NCBI RefSeq assembly: GCF_009914755.1
Contig: NC_060943.1
DNA: 64,000 nucleotides
Strand: one strand, 5' to 3'
From: the human T2T-CHM13v2.0 reference genome, Homo sapiens
This document shows, piece by piece, positions 1 to 43,744 of the stretch. Within the stretch, counting starts at the first letter, position 1, and each line of letters begins with the position of its first letter. The notes beneath the pieces were generated by a model. It was not told the DNA's origin and did no database searches. It saw only the letters and a program-made list of their open reading frames with translations. A program made the position numbers and the translations under genes.

Positions 1-109
1 GTGATGGTGCCACTGCACTCCAGCCTGGATGACAGAGAAAGAGCCTGGCTAAAAAAACATATAACTAGCCGAGCAAAACTCCTTCTCAAAAAAAAAAAAA
101 AAAAAAAAA

Positions 110-5548
<5,439 letters not shown>

Positions 5549-5803
5549 TTATACTCCCACACTCTGGAGAGCGTGTGAAATGGTACAACCGCTTTGGAAA
5601 ACCCTGGCAATATCCAGAAAGCTGAACAAACACCTACACAATATGAATCAGCATTTCTACTCCTAAGTATAAACTTAAAGAATATACATTGTTGCATTCA
5701 TCCAGAAACTGGCCAGAATGTTCACAGCACCTGTGCTTATCACAGCCAGAAATTGGAAACAACCCAAATGCCTAAAAAAGTTTAGGTAAATAAACTGTGG
5801 TAA

Positions 5804-9806
<4,003 letters not shown>

Positions 9807-10170
9807 CTAAGACTATGTTCCTTCCTGCTCTAAACTCTCCCATGGCTCCCTATTACCCCCAAGATTAGATCAAAGTCTTTATTGAGACTCCCAAGGACTT
9901 TCTCTACTTCAGCTCTGGTTGTCTTGCAGCCTGATCTCTACCTGCTCTTGCTGCTTCTCACATCATTAACCTTGGGCCCTGAAGGTGCAGCTTCCAACTT
10001 CTGGGCCTTTGCACCTGCAGTCAGCTTTGCATAATTGCCTGACTGCCCCTGGCACATTCTTGTTCTTTGAGATTCAGCTTGAATGCCTCTGCTCTGGGAA
10101 GCATCCCTCTCCTTCAGACCCTCCCTCCCACCCCTACCCGGATCTAGGGGCCCAGGAGGCTTTGGGCTGG

Positions 10171-11110
<940 letters not shown>

Positions 11111-11634
11111 TAGTCTCAAACTCCTGACCTCAGGTGATCCGCCCACCTTGGCCTCCCAAAGTGCTGGGATTACAGGCACGAGCCTCCGTGCCTGGCCTAG
11201 GTTTCTTTTCTTTCTTTTTTCTTTTTTTTTTTTGTAGTCAGTGCACACATATCACACATACACTGGGGTTTTACAAAATAAGAGACAAAGCTCTGAGTCA
11301 AATGCAAAAGTTTAGATGCTCACTCCATGGTCCTTTCCTCCAGGGAAGTCCCCACTCCCTGAGCCACCCCAGGGGACTCCTGGGCTGGAAAGAACTGAGA
11401 AACCCCAGGCCTCTTGCTCCTCCAGAGTTGCAGGGGGACAAGGCAGAAACCCCAAAGGTCCCGAGACCCTGAGCTTGGACACTGCCCCTCTTTTCCTGCA
11501 GCCTCTTCCTGTGTCCCCAGCCCTGCACTCCCATCCCCTCCCCCAACTCTGCTGGCCCAGCCCTGGCCTCCCTCCCGCACTCATTTCCGGAGGATGCCCC
11601 AGCCTGTTGCAGACATGGGGGAAGTCCAGCCTAG

Positions 11635-12006
<372 letters not shown>

Positions 12007-12149
12007 TAGTTCATACTCTAAATGTTCAGACTTGACATGCCCCAGCCTATCTCCAGCCACCCTCCTCCACCGCCCAGCCCGGCAGCCCACATCCTCACTG
12101 ACACGGATATCAGGCAGGCTTCCTTCAAGACCGCTGTTTTTGCCCGTTC

Positions 12150-12470
12150 TCAACTAGAGCCCATAGCCTTGCTCAGACACACAGGCTTGGAAGGCCACTA
12201 ACTCACTGCCAGACCTTGGGCAAGTCGCTCCACCTCCCTGATCCTGCCCTTCTGCATCTAAAAAGTGAAGTATTAAAGGAAAATGCATCTGTCTGCACGA
12301 AAGCAGAAACACAGCTCCTAGGTTCTGGTTCCAGCGGCTCACAGGCTGTGTGACTTTGGGCCAGTGTCCTAACCTCTCTGGGCTTCGGTTTCCTCACCTG
12401 TCAAAGAGGAATTAAGAGGACCCACCTCACAAGGCTGTTGCAGGATCAGATGAGTTCATTTCAAATAGTG
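12150..12470. mobile_element. MIR fragments
   Basis: GCTGTGTGACTTTGGGCCAGTGTCCTAACCTCTCTGGGCTTCGGTTTCCTCACCTGTCAAA core. Other MIR cores near 20.43, 21.8, 25.78, 28.4, 28.9, 34.3, 43.2-43.7 and 59.0-59.3 kb. Confidence 0.75.
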
Positions 12471-12646
12471 TCTGCAGCCTGAGCAACTTAGTGGGACCCC
12501 ATCTCTAACAAAATTTAAAATGTGGCATGAACCTGTAGTCCCAGCTACTTGGGAGGCTGAAGATGGCTTGAGCCTGAGAGCTGGAGGTTGCAGTGAGCTA
12601 TGATTATGCCACTGTACTCCAGCCTGGGCAACAGAGTGAGACCCTG

Positions 12647-12677
<31 letters not shown>

Positions 12678-12838
12678 GTGACAGAGTCTCACTCTATCGC
12701 CCAGGCTGGAGTACAGTGGCATGAGAGATGAAACACACCCCAACCAGGTGTCTGCCTTGCAGCTGGGACTAGCTTCTCCCCATACTTCCTCCTGTCTTTA
12801 CCCAAGGGGCCTTCAACTACCGTGCACCTCCCTTCTGA

Positions 12839-13381
<543 letters not shown>

Positions 13382-13499
13382 TAGCTAGGATGGTCTCGAT
13401 CTCCTGACCTCGTGATCCACCCGCCTCAGCCTCCCAAAGTGCTGGGATTATAGGCATGAGCCACCACGCCTGGCTTAATTTTTATTTTTATTTTTTTGA

Positions 13500-14225
<726 letters not shown>

Positions 14226-14687
14226 TGACCAAGGAGCCTGTTCATTAGCTTTGGCTCACTGATCCCAGAAAAGAAGCCCCCTCTAATTAAACACGCACGA
14301 AAACCCCAGAACAGAGGCAAAAAGCATTGATGGGAAAGAACTGTATCTTCTGGAAAGTACCAATATGACAATGAATCCATTCCATGCTGTAGTTAACAAG
14401 ATGAGGGCTATAATGGAGATTACAAGCTAACTCTCAAAACCAAAAAAAGAAATAATTCATTGAAAGGTTTTTTTTTTGAAGGGAAGGCATTTTTTTCCTC
14501 TGCAAATTTGTATGCAATAGTTTACATTTAACTTTCCAGCATGATTCTAGAGAGTCAATTTTTGGAAAAATGAACACATTTAAAAAAAAATGCAGCCAGG
14601 CGCAGTGGCTCATGCCTGTAATCCCAGCACTTTGGGAGGCCGAGACGGGTGAATCACGAGGTCAGGAGATCGAGACCATCCTGGCTA

Positions 14688-15066
<379 letters not shown>

Positions 15067-15140
15067 CATGCATGGCCTGACGTGGTGGCTTATGCCTGTG
15101 TCCCATCTACTCAGGAGGCTGAGGCGGGAGGATTATTTGA

Positions 15141-15374
<234 letters not shown>

Positions 15375-15376
15375 TA

Positions 15377-15785
<409 letters not shown>

Positions 15786-16272
15786 TAATTTTTTTGTATT
15801 TTTAGTAGAAATGGGGTTTCAACATGTTAGCAAGGATGGTCTCGATCTCCTGAACTCGTGATCCACCCGCCTCAGCTTCCCAAAGTGCTGGGATTACAGG
15901 CATGAGCCACCGCACCCGGCCTCAAATTATTTTTAATTTTTATTTTTCTTCAGACAAGAGTCTCACTCTGTCACCCAGGCTGGAGTGCAGTGGTACAATC
16001 ACAGCTCACAGCTCACTCCAGCATTGAACTCCTGGTCTCAAGCAATGCTCCCACAGCCTCCCAGAGTGCTGGGATTACAGGTATGAGCCATGGGGCTTAG
16101 CCGCAAAGGCTTTTTTTGGGGTAGGTCGGGGGCTGATGTACAACTGAATGCACAGGAAAGGCCTTTCTAAGAATAAAATAAACATAAAAGTCACCAAAGG
16201 GCTGGGCATGGTGGCCCAAGCCTGTAATCCCAGCACTTTGGGAGGCTGAGGCAGGTGGATCACCTGAGGTCA

Positions 16273-16609
<337 letters not shown>

Positions 16610-16817
16610 TCAATAACAAAAAGGCTGTCGCCTGCAGAAAAACAAACAAACAAACAAAAAAAAAACGTTTCCAGGGAAAGACTAGAGGTCCACGTTTAAA
16701 AATGTTTTATTTTAAAGGCCAGACATGGTGGCTCATGGGAGGCTGAGGCGGGTGAATCACCCGAGGTCAGGAGTTCGAGACTAGCCTGGCCAACATGGTA
16801 AATCCCTGTCTCTACTA

Positions 16818-17051
<234 letters not shown>

Positions 17052-17284
17052 TCATAGCTCACTGCAGCTGCAAACTCCTGACTCAAGTGATCGTCCTCCC
17101 TGAGCCTCCTGAGTAGCTGAGACTACAGGCATGAGCCACCACGTCTGGACAAGATCCACTTACAAATGTGTATATAGAAAGACAGAACCAGGCTGGGCAC
17201 AGTGGCTCACACCTGTAATCCCAGCGCTTTGGGAGGCTGAGGCAGGTGGATCACAAGGTCAGGAGATCGAGACCATCTTGGCTA

Positions 17285-17518
<234 letters not shown>

Positions 17519-17540
17519 TCATCTCAAACTCCTGACCTTA

Positions 17541-18006
<466 letters not shown>

Positions 18007-18201
18007 TTAAACCTCTCAGTTAGCAAAGATTAGAATGTTTGATAACATGTGGAGGATGAGTCCTTTGTGGAGAAACCTTTGGCAATAGTTATCCACGATA
18101 CACCTGCTCACACCCTTTGACAAGTAATTCCACTTCTAGGAATTTACTGATGAGATCTGTTCATGCTGGGTTGACATATGACCTCTACGGCAGGTTATTC
18201 A

Positions 18202-18612
<411 letters not shown>

Positions 18613-18777
18613 CTATGTAGCCGCTAAAAAGAACAATATGGGGACAGGTGCACTGCCTCCCACCTGTAATCACAGCACTTTGGGAGGCCAAAGTGGGAGG
18701 CTCACTTGAGGCCACAGGTTTGAGACCAGCCTGGGCAACACAGTGAGACCCCATCTCTACAAAACTTTAAAAAATTA

Positions 18778-18915
<138 letters not shown>

Positions 18916-19507
18916 CTATCTCTGAAAGAAAAGAAAAAGAAAAACAAAACGAAACAGAAAAAGAGCAAAGTGGTTCCCAAAGTATGCATATATCAAAAGA
19001 TCACACTGTACCTGGTAAGTATATACAATTAATATTTGTCAAATAAAAGAAGAACAAGATGGTGAGAACTGCTGAACTCTGTGAATGGATCAAAAACCTT
19101 CGACTTGAAAACTTGAAATAGGTAAACTGGATGGTATGAAAATTATATCTCTAAAGCTGTTACCAAGCAACACAAAGTAAAACACTCACTTTCCCAAGAA
19201 AGAAAAAGGCAGGAAGGAGACCCCCATCTCTACAGAAAATAAATAAATACATAAATGAGCTAGGTGTAGTGGTGCATGCCTGTAGTCCCAGCTATTCTAG
19301 AGGCTGAGGCAGGAGGATCACTTGAGCCCAGGAGTTGTGGAGGCTTCTGTGAGCTGATTGTGCCACTGCCCTCCAGCCTGGGTGACAGAGGGAGATCCTG
19401 TCTCAAAAAAAGAGGCCGGGCGCAGCGGCTCACACCAGTAATCCCAGCACTTTGGGAGGCGGAGGTGGGTGGATCACAAGGTCAGGAGATCGAGACCATC
19501 CTGGCTA

Positions 19508-20290
<783 letters not shown>

Positions 20291-20461
20291 TTAGAAAGGA
20301 TATTTTGACACAAAGAGAAAAAAACCCAACTGCTTCCAGGGTTACCCTAAAGTCCTCCCCATCGAGTCTAGGAGAGGGGATGGTGTCTTAAATAGGCGAG
20401 TGCTGGCACAGGGGCGCTTGTGGTAGCTGTGTGACCTTGGGCAAGTCATCTCACCTCTTGG

Positions 20462-21019
20462 TGTTGTACTTGAGCGAGTTAGAGAAAACGCCACACTTTG
20501 AGACGAATTAAGAGTCCGTTTATTTAGCTGGCGGCCAAGAGACGGCTAACGTTTAAAGTTTTCTTGGCCTTGAAGAAGGGACTAGATTTTCTTTTATACT
20601 TTGGTTTAGAAAGGGGAGGGGGGGTCTACTTAAAACAATTTTACAGAAGTAAAGTAGGCAAAAAAGCTAAAAGGATAAATGGTTATAGGAAAGTAAACAG
20701 TTGTAGGTGCAGGGGCTTTAAGACTATTGCAAGGTGATAGACGCGGGGCTTTGGGCGTTATCAATCAGACGAATTCCTGAGAACTGCAGATATTGCTCGC
20801 CCCAGTATCTTATCAATTAATTGCATTCTTGGATGTGCTGGGAGTCAGCTTGCACAAGTTAAGTCTTTGAGGAAGAGGCTGCTAGTGAAAGAGCCAAGAT
20901 GGAGTCTGTCTGGCTCTCTTAGCTAAGGGAGAGTCAATTCAGGTGGAAACAAGGCTAGGTGATTAAAGGAAAGGGAGAGTCTAAAAACAGGGTTAGTAAA
21001 AACAAGGTTGGGCATTACA
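20462..21019 (-). mobile_element. Solo LTR, LTR6B/LTR6A type (HERV-S71, ERV1), 558 bp
   Basis: Minus strand reads TGTAATGCCCAACCTTG...GTACAACA; 4-bp TSD TTGG at 20458-20461 and 21020-21023; TATAAAA (20592-20598) and AATAAA (20519-20524) on the minus strand. Confidence 0.88.
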
Positions 21020-21024
21020 TTGGT

Positions 21025-21505
21025 AGGGTGACCAAGCGTCATGGTTTGCTTGGGACTGTCCTGACATTAGCCCTAAAAATTCCATGTCATGCGCATCCAT
21101 GTGAAGAGACCGCCAAACAGGCTTTGTGTGAGCAATAAAGCTTTTCAATCACCTGGGTGCAGGCGGGCTGAGTCCAAAAAAGGAGTCAGCGAAGGAAGAT
21201 GGGGTGAGGCTGTTTTATAGGATTTGGGTAGGTAGTGGAAAACTACAGTCAAAGGGGTTTGTTCTCTGGTAGGCAGGGGCGGAGGTCACAAGGTGCTCAG
21301 TGGGGGAGCTTCTGAGCCAGGAGAAGGAATTTCACAAGGTAATGTCATCAGTTAAGGCAGGAACCAGGCATTTTCACTTCTTTTGTGATTCTTCAGTTGC
21401 TTCAGGCCATCTAGAAATACACGTGCAGGCTTGGACTCGGAGGCTTGACATTCTGTGTTGCAGGAAATTCCTCAGTCCCCAGAACGTGGGATAGCTGGTG
21501 ACAAT
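21025..21505. mobile_element. MER94-like hAT MITE split by the LTR7 insertion
   Basis: Left part AGGGTGACCAAGCGTCATGGTTTGCTTGGGACTGTCC; right part GGAAATTCCTCAGTCCCC...GGGATAGCTGGTGAC (degenerate TIR). Confidence 0.65.
21085..21450 (-). mobile_element. Solo LTR, HERV-H LTR7 family (LTR7B-like short form), 366 bp
   Basis: Minus strand TGTCAAGCCTCCGAGTCCAAGCCTGCACG...CCTGCCTTAACTGATGACATT...CCTATAAAA...GCTCACACAAAGCCTGTTTGG...GCGCATGACA; degenerate 5-bp TSD TTCCA/TTCTG. Confidence 0.9.
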
Positions 21506-21529
21506 GCAGCTGGCTCCAGGTTTTGTTTT

Positions 21530-25886
<4,357 letters not shown>

Positions 25887-26622
25887 TCAGGGATCGCCCA
25901 GGCTCCCTGCCCCTGCGCGCTGCTGAGACTGGGTCATTTTCGGTTCTACCAGGCAAGCGGGGGACCCAGCCCCCACTGCTGCTGCCCTCAGCCAAAACCA
26001 GGGCTGCGCCACCACCCACCCGGCCTATCTCCCATCTTATCTCCCCAGCTCTGTCGCCTGACCCCTGCACCCCACCAAATCGCAGCCTTTGCCCGGTGCC
26101 CTCACCGCCTCGGTTGGCCCCCGCGCGCGCCTCGGGCGAACCCCTGGACTGGCCCTCCAACAGGGCCCCAGACTCGGGGTACCCAGGGTGGCCGCTGAGG
26201 CCTGGAGAAATCTGGGCCTCCCCTGTGCACCATCCAACTGCGCGCCCCAGAGGCTCAGGGCGCCCCGGGAGTGTGGGGGTGTGGACAGATGAGCAGAGCC
26301 AGAGCATCTCGGGCAGAAGAGGGGACCTGGGAGGGGGCCGGGGAGACAGACAGCGAACAGGGGTGAAGCCGGGGCCGGACGGAGCGCGCAGCGGACAATA
26401 CTGGGTTCAAAGGGGAGAGATAAGGCGCAGACTAGAAACGCTAGGCTGGACCCGGGCCAGGCGCGCCGCGGGGCAGAGATGGGCGGAGCGGGAACGGGGG
26501 CGGGGGCGAGAATGGGGGGGCGGGGACGGGGGCGGGGATGGGGTGCGGGTGCGGGGTCGGGGGCCAGGGAGAGGCCTAGTTGCGTCGAGCGGGGCAAGCG
26601 CCTGGAGGACCCGGCGCCCGCT

Positions 26623-26754
26623 CCAGGCCCTGCCCCTCCAAGTCCCCCGCCCCGCGCCAGGCCCCGCCTCTCCAGGGCCCCAGCCCCGCGCCAGGCCCCA
26701 CCGTTCCGGGGCGCGTGCCCCGCCCAGGCCCCGCCCCCACGGCCCCGCCCCGGG
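26623..26754 (+). repeat. Degenerate ~34-bp tandem repeat x4 of GC boxes
   Basis: Units begin CCAGGCCC at 26623, 26657, 26691 and 26724. Confidence 0.8.
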
Positions 26755-26799
26755 CTCCCCCCACTCAAGCCTTTTTTCCCCTGCTGGGGGCCGAGGCCC

Positions 26800-26928
26800 G
26801 GCCGGGAGCAGAGTCCGGCTGCCTGGGGCGGGCGGCGCGTGTCTGCAGCTGCTCCGGGTAGCCCGCTAGGCGCGCCGTCCCCAGCCCCGCCGCCGGCCCT
26901 CGGTGCGCCCGGCCGCCTGCACCCCCAG
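26800..26928 (+). other. CERS4: CERS4 exon 1 (non-coding 5'UTR); start approximate
   Basis: Consensus donor CCCCAG|GTAAGC (GT at 26929-26930) inside the CpG island; no ATG; assigned through its link to exon 2. Confidence 0.8.
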
Positions 26929-28162
26929 GTAAGCGAGCACCCCGCGCCGCGAACACCGCCCCGAACGCCACCCTCACGGCGGTCCCCGGCCCCGCCTCCG
27001 CGGCCATGGCGGCCCCAGCCCGGCCCCCACTCGCAGCTGGGCTCCAGCCCCCATCACCCCGCCGGGGACTGTCCCCCTCGGGGCTTCCCATCATGGCCGT
27101 CTCCCCGAGCTATCCGCGCTCCCCCACGAGGGCCGGGGCGCAACGGGTGCCCGAGGACGCGGCTGTGAAACGGGCTGGAGCGAGTAGGGGCGATCCTGGC
27201 CTCGTGACGCGGGGGAATCCGGATGTGTGAGCCGGGGGAGCGCCCCGTTTCCCCGACGTGCCAGGGCTGGGGACGCAGCTGGGGCCCTGGCCTCGGAGTC
27301 CGCAGCCCGGCCGCGTAGACGGCTTCTGAGAACCGCTTAAACACGTCATTCCAAGCCCGAGCTAACCCATCAGGCGGCCGGGGTGAGGTGGAGGTGCCCA
27401 GGCGGGGATAATGTCATTTGGCCTGGTTGGACCAGCCAGCGAGGGCTTTTTAGGCCCAGGAAACAGCAAGATTGTGTGGCAGGGCCTAGCCGGGAGTGTG
27501 TGCGGAGCAGAAAAGAGGCCAGCCTGGCTGAAACGCGGAGAGGGAGGGTCTGAGGTGGAGAGAGGTTGGCCGGGGCCTGGGAAGCGGCGAGGAGAGTGTG
27601 GAACCCGTTCTCGGGGCGGTGGGGACCAGGGAGGCTTGGAACAGCAGGTGCATGGCGTGATCGGATTGTGTCTTAAGAACATCCCGTAGCCGCTGTGGGT
27701 AGGAGAGATGGGGATACTTGGAAGGGGGCTTCTGGCTTGACCTGGCTGGAAGGTGTGATAGGAAGTGGGTGAACTGAAAATTCGCTTTGGCAGAGTAACA
27801 TCGTCTAATTCTGTCTGTTTGCAAGTGGAGCGTGGGGGACCGATGTTTCTCCTGGGTAGTTAGGAGTATATAGAAGAGGCTTTCATTGCTGGGTTGGGAG
27901 ACTTGAGGAGAAGCTGCTCTGGGGGACACAGGAAGGTGGGCAGGGGGAGAGGCTGTTGTGGTTTGCAAAACCTACCAGATGGGGGAATGCTCCCATCGAC
28001 TCCAGTCTGAGCTCAGGCAAGGTCTCAGGCATCTGAGCGCAGAGGCCAGGGTGACCCCACTGGGGCGACCTGGGTCTGTTATATGGGGATAGGGTTCCTG
28101 GACTGTGGAATTGTCTTTGAAGCCCTCGGCCTCCCCCAGCCTCAAATGGGTCTGCCTTCCAG

Positions 28163-28319
28163 GAGCAGCTGCTGTGAATAAACACAGAAGTGGAGCTGGG
28201 GGACTGATTAGAAGCCTCATTCAGTGCACCTGGGCCCCAGCAGGCCCAGCCAGGCGTGGAGGAAGAGGCATTGAGGACTTTCCTTACCTGTTTTTCCAGC
28301 TCACCCACTGCCAGCAGAG
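28163..28319 (+). other. CERS4: CERS4 exon 2 (157 nt, non-coding 5'UTR, ends just before the start codon carried by the next exon)
   Basis: Acceptor TCTGCCTTCCAG|GAGCAG and donor GAG|GTACTT. The 3' end CCAGCTCACCCACTGCCAGCAGAG matches my recollection of the CERS4 mRNA just before A-ATG-CTG-TCC (MLSS...). No ATG in the exon. Confidence 0.85.
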
Positions 28320-29023
28320 GTACTTTGAGCCTGGGGTGTGGGGGGTGGGGGGCGGCCTTGGTCGTTGAACTGGCTGTAGGGCCCCCAGGGAAAGGTTTCT
28401 GAGCTTCAGTTTACCCATCTGTAAAATGGGTCAGTAGTATCTGAGCCTGGGAGTGTTCATGGATCGATGAAAGCCGAGGCTAGGCAGATCTCGGTGGCAG
28501 CCACACCCCTAAGGAACCGGAGAGGGTTCTAACGCCCGGTGGGAGTTCAGGGGGATGTATGGGCTTCCATTTCTCCTCTGAGAAATTCACAACAGTGTCC
28601 ACCTCCTGACCCAGGGCTGTCTGCAGGTTGAATAAAGCGGTTGACCCAGTGCGTGGCACAGAATGTCTTGGCTCAGGAGCCACTGGGATGCCTGTAGTTG
28701 GCAGCAGAAGTGGGCCCAGGTTCCCTCCTCCCACCCGTGGGATGGCACAGAAAGGCAGGTGCCTTGGGAGCTCGCTGCCCTGTCCCCTTCTCTGAGCACC
28801 ACAAGCTTCTCCCTTTCCGACTGGCTGGGCTTGAGCCTGACCACCCCCCAGCCCTGTCCTGCCACTTTGAGTTGAGGGCCTCCGGGCTACTGACTTCACC
28901 ACTTCCTGCTTCAGTTTCTCCACCTGTAAAATGGGATAATAGCAGTCATGACCTATAGGTAAAGAGCTGAACACAGTGCCTGGCTGGTTGTGAATACGTG
29001 CTAAACAGGCTATTAAAATATCA

Positions 29024-37419
<8,396 letters not shown>

Positions 37420-37729
37420 TTAAGTGGATACATACCTGGGGACCCTGGAGCTCCACGGCTGCTGCCCTCACCCTGTTGTTTTCCTCCCTCTCGGATGATG
37501 CCATCTTAGAATTCCATGCCTGGAATTTGCCCACCGGCTCTCCTCGCCCCCTCCTACCCCTCGGCTGTGTGTCCCCTTATTCCTGCCCAAGCAGGCAGTT
37601 CCCAGATCTACCCCAGATACTCATCCCAATCTGCCACCCCCACCCCTTGAAGATACCCTACCCGGACCTCAGCACCCCTCCCCGAGGCTCCTGTCTCTGC
37701 CACCCTCCACCTTCAGCCTCCCTCTCTCT

Positions 37730-41903
<4,174 letters not shown>

Positions 41904-41919
41904 CTAACCCAGCCCAGCG

Positions 41920-42760
41920 GCGATTGGTCGGCCCTCCTAGAGGAAGTGTCTGTTGAACAGAGTCGTGAAGAGCTGGGAGGAATTTGGCAGGCTGAAGGGA
42001 GGGCATTACTGGTAGGGAATGGCATGTGCCAAGGTCCATTTGCTGGGGAGCACAGTGCCAGGCCAGTGGGAGCACTTGCAGGATTCAAAGCTGCGGGTCT
42101 GATTTGCAGGCAAGAAGAAAGACCTGGGTGCTGAGTGGGGAGGCGGCCACCATGATTCAATCAAGAAATGGGAGCCGTGGAAATCGGGCAGAGGAGGGAC
42201 TGTCGCGGGAAAGACGGACGTAATCGTAGGGCTTAATGAGGAGCTGAGTGCCGAGAGGGTGTGAGATGGAGTCAGAGATGACTCTCAGAATTTTGTCCCT
42301 GAAGACTGGGTGGAGGGTGGGATCTTGGCCAAGAAGCCAGGGGAGGAGGAAAGAAGGCTCTGTGGGAGATGACTTCAGCCCTGACGTGTCTGGACAGCGC
42401 GCAGACGGGAGGTATTGGGGCAGCAGGTTTGGCTTTGGCGGGATGGTGACCTGGGAGCAGCAGAAATCTGGAAACTGACAGCATGGACGTGCTGGCCGCA
42501 GCTTCCAGGCAGGTGAATTTCCCAGGGAGAGCAGATGGTGTGAGGGGATCCAGGACTGGCATAATTTAGGGAGAAAAACCAGCACAAATTAGAGAAAACA
42601 GCAGAGAGGAGGGGAACCAGGAGGTCATGATTCTGGGAAGGAGGGATGGACAAGGGGAGGAGATGCTACTAGAGGGTCCCAGTTTCATGCTTAGAGGAAT
42701 TGACCACTTGGGATTGGCCATGGGAGGCTGCGACTGATGGCCAAAAGCCAAAGGCTGGAG
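41920..42760 (-). mobile_element. LINE-2 fragment(s)
   Basis: Degenerate G-rich L2 motifs (GAGATGACTCTCAGAATTTTG...GAAGACTGGGTGGAGGGTGG; TTTGGCTTTGG...CTGGCATAATTTAGGGAG). Similar L2 pieces at ~27.4-27.8, 29.4-29.9, 31.7-32.0, 35.7-36.1 and 57.2-57.6 kb. Confidence 0.6.
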
Positions 42761-42857
42761 TAGTAGGGTGGGGACAGAGAGGTGGCAGTGGACAGTGAAT
42801 AGAAGCAGGAAGGCAAGTCCTGTTTTCCAATAATTCTTTTTTTTTTTTTTTTTTTGA

Positions 42858-43178
<321 letters not shown>

Positions 43179-43311
43179 TGAGTGTCTCTGGGCCCATGTC
43201 TGTCTGGAATGCCTGGTGCCACAGAGCTGGGGTCAAATTACTGCCTGGCCATTTGTCAGCTATGTGACCCGTGTAGGTGATCCGGCATGTCTCCAAGACT
43301 CAGTTTGTTCA

Positions 43312-43744
<433 letters not shown>

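Noticed and set aside
11198-11233. T-rich run as the poly(A) tail of an inverted HMGB1 retrocopy
   Set aside because: Orientation and side are wrong for a tail of a copy lying to its left. It is better explained as the Alu TSD plus an expanded T-run.
27053-27062. SRE-like ATCACCCCGC in a lipid-gene promoter
   Set aside because: It is one mismatch from ATCACCCCAC and expected by chance in GC-rich DNA; no supporting evidence.
28282-28290. Perfect minus-strand donor CAGGTAAGG within exon 2
   Set aside because: No other evidence of an antisense exon, and the bases double as the plus-strand pyrimidine tract.
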